Below are positions 45,073 to 55,983 of a DNA stretch of 64,000 bases, in pieces. A program made the translations under genes and the position numbers. The notes under the pieces are model-generated. The model made no database searches and was not told where the DNA came from. It saw only the letters and a list, made by a program, of their open reading frames with translations. The DNA comes from a virus. Position 1 is the first letter of the stretch. Each line of letters begins with the position of its first letter. The stretch covers positions 1-64,000 of IMG/VR virus record IMGVR_UViG_3300047472_000155. One strand, given 5' to 3'.

Positions 45073-46194
45073 ATGTCTATTGCTGTTATTGGTTTAGGTG
45101 GAGCTGGAGGGAATATTGCAAATGAAGCATCCAAGTTAGATATTGTGGCAGGGGCTATCAATTTTTCAAACAAAGACTTGGACTCCATTGATGTTAAGTA
45201 CAAACTAAAGGTCATGGGTTCAGAAGGAGTTGGACATGATAGAAATATGGCTATTAGACTTATGCATGAACATCATCCAATGGTTGTAAAGTTTATTGAA
45301 GACAATTTCTCAGATCCTTCTATTGAAATTATATTCTTACCATTCGCTTCTAGCGGAGGTAGTGGCTCAGGAATTGCTCCAATGTTGGCAGATATATTAT
45401 CTTGCAAAATGCCAGATAAAGTGATTGTTCCATTGCCAATAATTCCGGAAAAATCAGAACCTCTTATATCTCAGATCAATTCCTATAATTCTTTAATTGA
45501 ACTTTCTAGTCTTAACCTTTGCATATTGCCTATTGACAATAATGAAGTCAAATTGCATCATAATGCTTTCAAAAATCAAATCTTCGAAATTGCAAACAAG
45601 ACATCTATCTCATTGTTGGTCAAATTAATGTCATATACTGAAAAGGCATCTAGAAATGGAAACTTTGACAATAGAGACTTGATTTCCGTATTTTCTCAAA
45701 AAGGAATGGCTACAATAGCGGAAGTTGATATTACCTCCCTTCCCAAAGCAAACGTAACGTCTAAAGGTATATCAGAATCAATTTTTGATTCGTGGGAAAA
45801 ATCTATATTTGCTCCCATTGAATACACTCATGTTTCGAAATGTGCATTCATATTCGATGGTCAAGAATCTCTCATTGAACACATTAACTACAAGGAGATA
45901 TTCTCAAAATTTAATCATGGATTACCTATTGATATTTTTGAAGGATACTATGAAGAAAACAATGGAAAAATACTTACCGTTTTAACAGGACTTCCTTGGT
46001 GTGCATCTAGAATGAACTCTATTGACTCACTTATCGAAAACGATACAAGTAAGGCAGAAACTATCATAAAAACAATGGAAAGTGATCAATTTGTTCCAAA
46101 AATCTTCGATTTTGACCAAAAAATACGACAAAATTCTCAAAAAATAGCAAAAAATGTTGCAGTTACGGATATTTTAAGTAAATATGTGCGATAA
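45073..46194 (+). CDS. tubZ: Tubulin/FtsZ-family GTPase (TubZ-like)
   Basis: GLGGAGGN, EGVGHD, SGGSGSG signature loop, PIDN, T7-like NFDNRD. Confidence 0.85.
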   Translation: MSIAVIGLGGAGGNIANEASKLDIVAGAINFSNKDLDSIDVKYKLKVMGSEGVGHDRNMAIRLMHEHHPMVVKFIEDNFSDPSIEIIFLPFASSGGSGSGIAPMLADILSCKMPDKVIVPLPIIPEKSEPLISQINSYNSLIELSSLNLCILPIDNNEVKLHHNAFKNQIFEIANKTSISLLVKLMSYTEKASRNGNFDNRDLISVFSQKGMATIAEVDITSLPKANVTSKGISESIFDSWEKSIFAPIEYTHVSKCAFIFDGQESLIEHINYKEIFSKFNHGLPIDIFEGYYEENNGKILTVLTGLPWCASRMNSIDSLIENDTSKAETIIKTMESDQFVPKIFDFDQKIRQNSQKIAKNVAVTDILSKYVR

Positions 46195-46209
46195 AAGGAG
46201 GAAAAAGTG

Positions 46210-46353
46210 ATGAAAACACCTATTATTGTTCCAAATATCGAAGAAAACACCTTGAAAGCCTTGGCTGAAGCCACGACAAGAAATAACCTTTTGCTTACGG
46301 AAGAAGGAGTAGGAGTATTGTTATCAATAAGTATCAATGAAGATATTCAATGA
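46210..46353 (+). CDS. Small hypothetical protein (47 aa)
   Basis: Below track cutoff; RBS AAGGAGG; MKTPIIVPNIEENTLKALAEA... Confidence 0.55.
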   Translation: MKTPIIVPNIEENTLKALAEATTRNNLLLTEEGVGVLLSISINEDIQ

Positions 46354-46439
46354 TAAATCATTGATACGACTAGGCTTAGACGGGCTATTGCCTCCCTCTA
46401 AGCCTCCTCCTCTCTCTCGAAAAAAGCCTCCCTCAAGTA

Positions 46440-46461
46440 GATGTCATGATGTCATGACATC
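46440..46461. promoter_or_regulatory. GATGTCAT direct/inverted repeat operator candidate
   Basis: GATGTCAT-GATGTCAT-GACATC upstream of an RHH-like gene. Confidence 0.5.
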
Positions 46462-46496
46462 GAACATACAATTACTTTAAAGGTGGTGAAAGATAA

Positions 46497-46784
46497 ATGA
46501 GGAAGGCTGGGAACACAAAACAATTACGCATTGATGCCAAACATCGGTTTCCATTAAGAGTAAGTGAAGTTACTCATAGTGAAGTTGAAGCGGTTGCGTT
46601 TCGACAAAATTTGTCATTAAATCTTTTGTATTGTGAAGCAATTGATTTTGCAATAACTAGTCCGTCTTTTTTGAAAAGATTACAGGAAAAATATGCAAGA
46701 GATGAACGAAGAGGTCACTTTGTTTATCATCAAGACACTACCACTCTACGAAAAGGAAGGATTGTTGAAGAATGGGATTCTTAG
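46497..46784 (+). CDS. Ribbon-helix-helix-like DNA-binding protein
   Basis: RFPLRVS-helix-SLNLLYCEAI pattern. Confidence 0.6.
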   Translation: MRKAGNTKQLRIDAKHRFPLRVSEVTHSEVEAVAFRQNLSLNLLYCEAIDFAITSPSFLKRLQEKYARDERRGHFVYHQDTTTLRKGRIVEEWDS

Positions 46785-47086
46785 GTCAATTATTTTTTGG
46801 CAAGAAAGAAAGAGAAGCTATACTTGTTCACATCCCCTATCGCCTTGTTAGTGGAATGGATACTCTTGTCTATGTTCATAATTCAAACACAAACGAAATG
46901 GATCACATTTCATATGATGATATTGTTGAAGCTGGAGTGGAACACATTGTTCGTGAAGCACTTCGGATTAAACCTCAAATAGTTGAGCCTAAAGAAATTC
47001 AAAAACCTAAAAGGCAAAATGCCACTCCCGCCTTTTATGTTGAAGATCATGTTTCTACTTCTCGCGGCAGAAATCAGTCCAGGTAA
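46772..47086 (+). CDS. Hypothetical protein
   Basis: 104 aa overlapping the upstream stop. Confidence 0.6.
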   Translation: MGFLGQLFFGKKEREAILVHIPYRLVSGMDTLVYVHNSNTNEMDHISYDDIVEAGVEHIVREALRIKPQIVEPKEIQKPKRQNATPAFYVEDHVSTSRGRNQSR

Positions 47087-47169
47087 ACGTCACCTCTTAA
47101 AATCGTCTGAGAAGAAGTCTGGTATTGGTAGGTTGTATTCTATCCCTACATGTGAAGCATTTATACCCC

Positions 47170-47223
47170 TCACATCATCATACGCTCACGCCCCTCTCTA
47201 GAGCGTGTGATGATGTGTTTTTC
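47170..47223 (+). terminator. Intrinsic terminator
   Basis: CACATCATCATACGCTC...GAGCGTGTGATGATGTG plus T tract. Confidence 0.65.
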
Positions 47224-47275
47224 ATTCTCTATACAAAATAAACGAATAAAAAATAAAATTAATATCTACTTGGTA

Positions 47276-47322
47276 TTGACAATCTTCTCTTGATGTCGTA
47301 TAATTAAAAATAATACGACATC
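47276..47322 (+). promoter_or_regulatory. SigA promoter of recombinase with overlapping inverted-repeat operator
   Basis: TTGACA-17-TATAAT; GATGTCGTAT...ATACGACATC straddles the -10/+1 region. Confidence 0.75.
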
Positions 47323-47341
47323 GGCTAAAGGAGAGATTTAT

Positions 47342-48436
47342 ATGGGTAAAGCATTGCTTGATAATATAGTGATTTTGAATGAACGTAATAAGGGTAAAAA
47401 AGAATTTAAAAACGTAGGTAAAGATATATATAACTTTCTTTACCGCATCAACATTGGACATGGAACAGAACTTCAAGGCACATCAGAAGCTTACGAAAGA
47501 GATATCAAACGTTTCTTTCAATTGATGTGGGGCATTAAAGATTTGAATAAACTTGAAATTGAAGATTTGTATATCCTTCCATCAGATATAGAAAAATTTC
47601 AGACATATCTTGTTAATATGGGATTTAAAAGCAATACCGTAGATCGCAATATTAATGCAGTAAGATCGTTGTATAATTATTTTGAAGAAAATGAGTATCG
47701 TTATAGATATGAAGATGAATGGGTATATATTTCTTCGAGAGTATTTAAAGGTATTAAAAGAGTTGATATTGACGATAAGTCAAGTTATGGATCATTTACT
47801 TTCGAGGAAATGTCCGAAATGATTGAACTTGCAAAAACTCTTGACAATGGAGAAACTAAGTCATTGGCTATTGAATTGGCAAGTATCACTTCCTTTCGCC
47901 TTGAAGCTATTGCAAATATGGAAAGAGGTGATTTTTTCTTCAAAAACAACACATGGGTTGCACGTACTTATGACAAAGGAAAAGAGAATATAAAAGCTAT
48001 TCGTACAGATTTATATGAAAGACTTATTGCTAATGCCGATGAAGGTGACAGAGAAAAACTATTTGATTGCACATCAAGAACATTGCAGCGTACAGTTGAT
48101 ACTTTAATCAATATGATGAAACTTGATAAAGCTGAAAGAAATCTTACCTTCCACTCCATCAAGAAATACGGTATCAATGAAGTTGCTATGATGACAAAAG
48201 GTGATATGAAAGCTATTTCACTTCAAGGTAATCATGCATCATTTGAAACTACTATGAAGTATTACCTTGCATACACGGAAGACTATTCTAAAATGCCTTG
48301 CTTAATGATTGGTCAACCAATTGATACATCTCCCATTCAAGAGCTAGATAGAGAGCAGTTGTTAAATCTATTCATGGAGGCTAGTCGGTCCACTCAATAC
48401 GAATTGCTCCACTTGTTGAATACGCAATCCGAATAA
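47342..48436 (+). CDS. Tyrosine recombinase-family protein
   Basis: TSFRLEA, DKGK, TFHSIKK (HxxK variant), QGNHASFETTMKYY. Confidence 0.85.
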   Translation: MGKALLDNIVILNERNKGKKEFKNVGKDIYNFLYRINIGHGTELQGTSEAYERDIKRFFQLMWGIKDLNKLEIEDLYILPSDIEKFQTYLVNMGFKSNTVDRNINAVRSLYNYFEENEYRYRYEDEWVYISSRVFKGIKRVDIDDKSSYGSFTFEEMSEMIELAKTLDNGETKSLAIELASITSFRLEAIANMERGDFFFKNNTWVARTYDKGKENIKAIRTDLYERLIANADEGDREKLFDCTSRTLQRTVDTLINMMKLDKAERNLTFHSIKKYGINEVAMMTKGDMKAISLQGNHASFETTMKYYLAYTEDYSKMPCLMIGQPIDTSPIQELDREQLLNLFMEASRSTQYELLHLLNTQSE

Positions 48437-48472
48437 AAACAAAGACCCCTCCGAATGGAGGGATTATTTTCA

Positions 48473-48621
48473 TTTTCCGTCAGGTTACATTTTTTTCGCT
48501 GAACTAATATATAATTACTTACTCTGTTAATCTGTTATATCTTAGTTACAGTATTATATATTTACAGGATGACTGTAATACTATATTAGTTCAGCGAAAC
48601 TTTTGTAACCTGTCGGGAAAA
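48473..48621. repeat. Large imperfect inverted repeat (origin or recombination site candidate)
   Basis: ~40-bp arms share CAGGTTACA and TTCGCTGAACTAATATA exactly; AT-rich core. Confidence 0.75.
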
Positions 48622-48628
48622 AAATTTC

Positions 48629-49384
48629 TTATTTTGCAATCGAATATCCATTTGCTATGCCGTTTTCTCCGGCAAATTTCTGTCTATCTATGTTTACTAA
48701 TCCACTACGTTGTAGTTCATCAACATACTTTCTAAAGGTCGGTTCTGACATCAATACCTCATCCTTAATGCTTCTCGATGGTATTTTACATACCTTTAAT
48801 CCTCCTTGTTTGTATTTGATGTATCCGTAAATATAAAATGCATTGACTCCCAAGTCTTTGTTGTTCATGCATTGTTCAAATATTTCATAATTTATTTTGT
48901 GCGTGTTTTCTACTTCATAAAAGGTTCCATCTAGGATTTTGTCCTTTTCTGAGTCGGGATTTCTAAAAAAACTTTTCACAGGGTACTTGACTTTATAGTT
49001 CAAATCCTGTATAATAGTCTTATAGCCAGTTAATGTCCTGTGATCATCTATTAACATAAATTCAACAAACCCATTCTCCATTGTCCATGATATCGGATAA
49101 CTTGACGTTGTACGTGTATAACCCATTGTATCAAGTATCCCATTGTTCTTTATAATATAATCTATCTTCTTTTCGACTGGAGATTTTTGAAGTTTCTGCT
49201 TGATTGTTGCTTGAGTAATCTTCTCGTCTTTGTACCATTCACAATATCTATATAGGTACGTTACATAATAGTAATATGAGTACGTAAATGCATTGTGCTT
49301 CGCTGATGATATGTTTTCACGTATATCTTTGAATATCTCATTTGGAACGTAAATGTGATCTTTTATTTTTTGTTTAGTCTTCAC
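48629..49384 (-). CDS. Tandem winged-helix protein, putative replication initiator
   Basis: Two HTH-like units; C-terminal AFYIYGYIK...MSEPTFRKYVDELQRSGLV...NGY; ends beside the inverted repeat. Confidence 0.5.
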   Translation of the reverse strand: MKTKQKIKDHIYVPNEIFKDIRENISSAKHNAFTYSYYYYVTYLYRYCEWYKDEKITQATIKQKLQKSPVEKKIDYIIKNNGILDTMGYTRTTSSYPISWTMENGFVEFMLIDDHRTLTGYKTIIQDLNYKVKYPVKSFFRNPDSEKDKILDGTFYEVENTHKINYEIFEQCMNNKDLGVNAFYIYGYIKYKQGGLKVCKIPSRSIKDEVLMSEPTFRKYVDELQRSGLVNIDRQKFAGENGIANGYSIAK

Positions 49385-49479
49385 TAACTACCCTTCTTCC
49401 CTGTGGTTATGTTTTTTGCATACCATTAGTATAATATAAATTGAAATGTTTGTCAAGTGAAATATAAAATGAATCGGGA

Positions 49480-49818
49480 GTGTTGTATATGTCAAATGAA
49501 ATCAACGTAGAAAAAATTATTAAATTTATTCACAAGAATATCGAAAGCTTTTACAATATTGAACTTACTGACCGCGAAAAACAATTGATGCACGTTTATT
49601 ATGGAATGCTTGAAATAGCTCTTGAAGATGAAAAAGATGAAGCTTACACCGAATCAATTGAAGAAATGGATGTGCTAGAACAGGAATGGGAATATATTGT
49701 TAATAGCGAGTATGACAACGAAGAAATAGCTAGTTGGGCTGTCTTGAATGTTGATACCCTATTCGAAACGATTAGACAAGAAAGAGAAGTCGCTGATATG
49801 TATAGAGGATTAGAATAA
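49480..49818 (+). CDS. Acidic hypothetical protein
   Basis: 112 aa, Glu/Asp-rich. Confidence 0.6.
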   Translation: MLYMSNEINVEKIIKFIHKNIESFYNIELTDREKQLMHVYYGMLEIALEDEKDEAYTESIEEMDVLEQEWEYIVNSEYDNEEIASWAVLNVDTLFETIRQEREVADMYRGLE

Positions 49819-49888
49819 TTACTAGCAAGACAGTGAATTGATTTTAAAGGGTGAGATGCCTTCACATATGAAGAGGATGTTTTTAATA

Positions 49889-50782
49889 ATGAATAATAAA
49901 GTAAGTGTAGATGTTAAAAATAATTATAATGTTCAAACACCGTTGTCAAATGTATTGGCAAGTGTATTCTCTTACAATGACAATCATACCGTCAGAACTT
50001 TAATGATTGACAATGAACCGTGGTTTGTTGCAAAAGATGTGTGTGATATCTTAGAAATATCGAAATATCGTGACGCATTAAGTAGATTGGATGATGATGA
50101 AAGGGGGTCGGTATTAGTGGATACCCCTGGAGGAAAGCAAGAAATGGGCGCTGTTAATGAATCTGGATTATATTCGATTATCATGAAGAGTCGAAAACCA
50201 GAAGCTAAGGTATTTAAAAAATGGATTACACATGAGGTTATACCTTCTATTCGAAAAAGTGGAAAATATGATGTAGTAAATACCATTCAGGATTCATACA
50301 TGATTCAAAATCCAGTTGAACGGGCTAAGGCGTGGATTGTAGAACAGGAAAAACTTCAATTAGCAGAATTACAAGTTAAAGAATTGGAGATTGTAGTAGT
50401 AAAAAAAGATGAAGTAATTTTAGAGAAAGATGAAATGATTCAAGAATTAGAACCAGATGCCATATATGCAAGAGACATGTTGATTGGGAATGGTCTTTCA
50501 TTAGCAACTGACATAGCAAAGATTTATGGAATGAGTTCTCATAAATTTAATAAATTACTTAATACACTCAACGTGCAATACAAACTAAAAGGTTCTAATC
50601 ATTGGTTGTTATATAGTAAATACGATGGGCTTGGCTACACTCATTTAAAAAGTACTAGGATAGAAACAAAATATGACTCCAAGACTAGTTACACTATGAT
50701 GTGGACTGAAAAAGGGAAAAGGTTCCTTTATGATTTATTATCTGAATTAAATATTTATCCAGATATTGTAAGTGTAAAATAA
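49889..50782 (+). CDS. BRO-N / KilA-C phage antirepressor
   Basis: EPWFVAKDVC, NESGLYS, FKKWITHEVIPSIRKSGKY, WTEKGKRFLY; start re-called at ATG 49889. Confidence 0.9.
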   Translation: MNNKVSVDVKNNYNVQTPLSNVLASVFSYNDNHTVRTLMIDNEPWFVAKDVCDILEISKYRDALSRLDDDERGSVLVDTPGGKQEMGAVNESGLYSIIMKSRKPEAKVFKKWITHEVIPSIRKSGKYDVVNTIQDSYMIQNPVERAKAWIVEQEKLQLAELQVKELEIVVVKKDEVILEKDEMIQELEPDAIYARDMLIGNGLSLATDIAKIYGMSSHKFNKLLNTLNVQYKLKGSNHWLLYSKYDGLGYTHLKSTRIETKYDSKTSYTMMWTEKGKRFLYDLLSELNIYPDIVSVK

Positions 50783-50788
50783 AATTAA

Positions 50789-51355
<567 letters not shown>

Positions 51356-51385
51356 TTTCATGAACATAAAGGGAGTGAATTGTAA

Positions 51386-51730
51386 ATGTCAGAATTGAAC
51401 AAAGAAGAAATGAAAGAAATGGCACGTGTATTTTTCATGTTTAAAAAACAAGGTTTACACGTTTCGTTTAAAGAAGTTGCAGAAGTTACTTTCTTTGACT
51501 TTAAGACAGATGAAAGATCAGATAGTAAAAAAAATCTTGAATCACTCATAGAACAAATGTTTGATAAAACAAAGGATAGGATTTTAAATGAAGGATATTT
51601 GACTTCTCCAGCTCCATATATTATCCATGAAGGAAAGTATCTTGATTTCCGTGAAGATTATTCAGATGAGTATATTGTAAATAAACTTATGCTTGGTAAA
51701 ATGAAAAGGGTGATATATTATGAACGATAA
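51386..51730 (+). CDS. Hypothetical protein
   Basis: 114 aa; RBS GGGAG. Confidence 0.6.
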   Translation: MSELNKEEMKEMARVFFMFKKQGLHVSFKEVAEVTFFDFKTDERSDSKKNLESLIEQMFDKTKDRILNEGYLTSPAPYIIHEGKYLDFREDYSDEYIVNKLMLGKMKRVIYYER

Positions 51731-52028
51731 AGAATGGGAAACAAGAGAATGGAAAACAAGAGAAGTGAGCGATATTAAGCTTATAAACAAAGAAACAGGA
51801 GAGGTAGTTCTTTATATGAATTCATTAAAAGAAACAAAATTTCCTATTACAAATTTGCCATCGTTAGCAAATGTTCAAGTTAGCGCTATTCGTACTATGT
51901 GGGAGATTGCACAAAATAGAATAGATGATATTTATTCTGTCGAAGGTGCTAAAATTGAGAAACAAGCTTTTGAACGTTGGATGGAAATTGTTTTTCCATT
52001 TAATTATATGGATATTATAAGAGCATGA
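51720..52028 (+). CDS. Hypothetical protein
   Basis: 102 aa, coupled to upstream gene. Confidence 0.6.
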   Translation: MNDKEWETREWKTREVSDIKLINKETGEVVLYMNSLKETKFPITNLPSLANVQVSAIRTMWEIAQNRIDDIYSVEGAKIEKQAFERWMEIVFPFNYMDIIRA

Positions 52029-52222
52029 AACAAAAACACTATAAACCAACTAAGAAGATTAAATCTGAGTTACTTTTGCAAGGAAATAAATGTGAGTGCT
52101 GATATCCTCTTCCATTGCAACCAAGATCAATACATGAAGGATTTTGGTATTATGGTCAAGTATACGTAGAGTATACAGAGAATTGTACGTGGTGTGGCAA
52201 ATCAAATACATGGAAAGCATAA
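52025..52222 (+). pseudogene. Small Zn-ribbon gene interrupted by in-frame TGA
   Basis: MKQ...KCEC*YPLP...NCTWCGKSNTWKA; TGA at 52100-52102; ATGA overlap with the upstream stop. Confidence 0.55.
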
Positions 52223-52236
52223 GGAGTGATGATGTA

Positions 52237-52461
52237 ATGTTCTATGTTCACGTTAAAAGTGGTACTAATGGTTATAGCGATTACGGTAATTGCGATTTAA
52301 TGATTAAAGATATTGATAGTTCTAATGTTCCACATGTTGGTGATTTCCTCACAATTGACAATGTCAAATACTTAGTAAGAGAAGTAAATAGGAAGTATTC
52401 CAATGCGTATCAAAGTGATGGTATGCTAGAATATATTTATGTATATGTTATAAATGCTTAA
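52237..52461 (+). CDS. Hypothetical protein
   Basis: Start re-called behind RBS AAGGAG; VPHVGDFL motif. Confidence 0.6.
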   Translation: MFYVHVKSGTNGYSDYGNCDLMIKDIDSSNVPHVGDFLTIDNVKYLVREVNRKYSNAYQSDGMLEYIYVYVINA

Positions 52462-52477
52462 CTAAATACAAATATTA

Positions 52478-52508
52478 AAAGCGCTGGAATTATCCAGCGC
52501 TTCTTTTT
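52478..52508. terminator. Bidirectional terminator
   Basis: AAGCGCTGGA-ATTA-TCCAGCGCTT between convergent genes. Confidence 0.7.
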
Positions 52509-53041
52509 ATATCTACCTCTACATTTCCAGTTGAAGATACAGTATGAGTTACTTCCTTTACTTCATCCTCTGCAAACATCTTTCGCGCTTTCTCCATTAC
52601 CTTTAAAATGTACGTGTAACTCTCTTCTAACTCTTTACGCTCATTTGCCATGTCACGCATGATTCGTGATTGTTCTGTCAATCTCTTGTCTTGATCAATT
52701 ACTTTTTGATGTAACGTTTTATTTTGCTTTTGTAAATTTTTTAGAAGATCAACAAATCCATCCATTGTTTCTCTTACTTTATTGGCAAGTGTGAAAGATG
52801 TGTTAGATGTATATGCTTCTAATGTAGACTCATCTAGTCCGGTTTCACTTTCCGACATTAAATGTTTGTACCATCGGTTACGACACATATAGAATGTGAT
52901 GCCTAATTCGTTTGCCGCTTCTTTAAATGCTCTTGTTGCACTATTAGGATACTTGGTAACAAGCCTTCTCAGAACCGAATCTTCCTCATCTGTCCAATCG
53001 TGATTAGCACTTTTTTTCTTTATTTCCACAGAAGAGATCAC
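52490..53041 (-). CDS. RsfA-like Myb/SANT transcriptional regulator
   Basis: DWTDEED...AFKEAANEL...CRNRW, coiled coil, C-terminal Y...LKVMEKARKM as in RsfA/YlbO. Confidence 0.7.
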   Translation of the reverse strand: MISSVEIKKKSANHDWTDEEDSVLRRLVTKYPNSATRAFKEAANELGITFYMCRNRWYKHLMSESETGLDESTLEAYTSNTSFTLANKVRETMDGFVDLLKNLQKQNKTLHQKVIDQDKRLTEQSRIMRDMANERKELEESYTYILKVMEKARKMFAEDEVKEVTHTVSSTGNVEVDIKRSAG

Positions 53042-54325
53042 CCATCCCTATATAGTATTTGTTAGCCATGTTTACTAATTATAGGATACACAACTTGAAC
53101 ATATTAGTCAAGCTATTGGTAAACGGCTAAATGTGTCTAGGTATAATATGGGAAATGGTAGGTAAATATTTGGAACAGGTTTCAGAACACAGGGTACTCT
53201 ATATATCGAAAAGCTATAAAAATGTTATAACTAAGCCCCCCTACCTAGTGTGCATATAATAGATGACATTACATGGTTTTATTTTTTAACGTAGAGTAGG
53301 GTGAAAAGTAGATGTCTGAACATCTTGACGATTTTTTATGTGAAAATAATAGCATGGATATCTAATTGAAATGTGAGTACATATAAGTGGTTTACCGTTA
53401 AAGAGCAAAGTCGTCTGCGTTAAAAATAAAACGTGCGAAAATAGGGTATGTTGAGATGTGAGTATGTTTGTAGTTGTTCAGTAGTGTAATGTGATGGGAT
53501 TATAGTGTGATACAAATTGAATGGAAATAAAGTAATCGAGCGCAATTGCAGTGCCCAGGGGTATATGGAAATTGAATCCAGATCTGCATGTTATAACCTA
53601 CCCCCGGCATGTCGTGGAATTAACGTTCCGCGACATTAATCGAGAATATACATTATATTGTGTAAAATACCATATTTTGGCTAATATTTGATAATTGCTA
53701 AATAATGGATATTTTTCATTTTTTTAAAAAATTTTAAAATTTTAAAAATTGCATATATTCAAGCTCACACAACGGAGTGATATAACACCAATCGCATGAT
53801 GCAAGACACCCTCACCACTATGCACAACTATATTGCACACAATCTAATTTTATATTATTCAATTTATTACTATATTATCATCAACAATTCACATTGCAAC
53901 AATTCACATTCCCACAATATACCCAACATGCACATATATCTCACTCAATCAAATAATGCACAATATCCATGCAATACACACAATCTAATCGTCAATATGT
54001 ATACAATCCATACGATAGAGCTAGACATCAATCATAGAAATCAATCATAGACATCAATACGAGATAATCATACATAATTCAATCTAACACCATTTAATTG
54101 TATAAAATAGATGATGCACACATACATATCATGCACAATTCAATCACTCAATATTTAATTGTGCACAATTGAATCAATACCAATATAATTAATAGCCATA
54201 TAATGATATTCAATGTAATCAACTCCGATTATATTTCTAAAAACCGTAAATGCGTATATATGCAATACTATGTCAATATACCTAATATATTATGCACACA
54301 TAGGCATATATTGTATGATCTAGGA

Positions 54326-55983
54326 TGTAAGCGTTTAATTTTAAGGTATAAGGCGTATATCATCAATACCTAACAATACCATTACCCTATAGGATAGAGT
54401 GTCTTATACGCAATCCTACCATGACATATATTATGTATATTCTTACAATATAATACATATGATATACTCACTATGATATTATGTATATGTATATATCTAT
54501 ATGTATATATCTATGTGTTAATATCATATTGATAGTAATGATATGATACATACAACATGTATCTATCTATGTGATACTATCTATATGATAATATGTATGT
54601 GTATGTATCTATATGTTACTATCTACATATACATATCATATTGTTATTATCATAATGTTAGTATCTATGTGGATATATGACGATACTTGCAACATGCGAG
54701 CAATATGATATCGACCTAGCATATAGCAACGTGATATATATAGTACATACATATGAGCACTCACACATATAAGATAAAGTCAATAGGGAACATATATACC
54801 CATCTATATGCGTTACAATGCATTGTAATGGGCAAGTTGTTTACTCATTGTTTATACATTGATTTAAAACGATAGAAAGCGCTTACTTGGGAAATAGTGC
54901 ACACCTACGCCATTTGCAAACGCTTACATATTAGAAATGGACAATTATTTCCCAAAACGCATGTATAAGTATTCATTATTAGTGTATATGAAAGCGGTTA
55001 AATGCATGATTATGCATAGAAGCATACGAATGTATGATAAAATGAGGATAAAGTGCTAATATATCAATTGATCTAAATAATGGATAAGTTTTTAATTTTC
55101 AATCTAATATTGATATATGTTTGACTTATTGCTGACTGAAAGTGCTTACATACATAAAATGTAAAATATGTATGTAATTAATATGAAAACGCTTACATTT
55201 TCGGATCGCAAGATATGTAAATAAATATATAAATTACTATAAAATGTATATTTTTATTATTTAAAAAAGTCAAGTAGTAAATTGATAATTATGTGAACAT
55301 TATGTGAACATGCAATTAATCAATTGGTATAATCATTGAGATATTCCGTATAGAGTAAATACACACAATTGATCCATAGAGGGTATTAGGGTTCCGTATT
55401 TTCAATTCCACGGCACAAGTAGTGTACTTGTTAGGGGTAGAATATAAAGCCTCTTAGAAGGGCAAATAAAGCGCTTACATTTGACATACATTTATGTGTG
55501 TTAAAGTGTAGTCAAATAGCAAAATGTATAAATATACATGATATACGTTGCGTTATTGATCCGCAATAATTACCGAACATTCAAAAAAGCCTTATGTATC
55601 AACGATCTGATTCGCTAACTTTCTGATAGCTTACATAATAAATCTGATTTATCGCACATATAAAAATTTTCTATTCCCTTATAGAATAAGGGTTTTAGGA
55701 CTTATGTAAAAATATGTTTATGCATACCCGAATATAATTGTGTCTAAAATATGTACGTTTATTCATTTAAATTTTAAAAACCTATTGACATTTAAAAATC
55801 ATTTGATCTAGCATTTGCAAAACACGAACATTCTGACCAACAGTGGCATAGTTTATGAGCTAAATCCGAACATTCGAGTATATAAAGCGCTTACAATAAA
55901 ATATCCTAAAAATATACGAACATAAATTCGTATATTGACATCTGAAATAATATGTGATTTTAATTAAAATGAAAGCGTTTTAT
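54326..55983. promoter_or_regulatory. Cluster of cre-like (CcpA/LacI-type) boxes
   Basis: Nine 14-mers resembling TGAAAGCGCTTACA at 54326, 54874, 54915, 54989, 55137, 55184, 55466, 55882 and 55970. Confidence 0.6.
54421..54800. repeat. Low-complexity purine-pyrimidine alternating AT-rich tract
   Basis: TATATGTATATATCTATATG-type degenerate repeats; no ORF. Confidence 0.7.

Noticed and set aside
53796-54050. 84-aa His/Asn-rich ORF
   Set aside because: Product of low-complexity C/A-rich sequence without a clear RBS.
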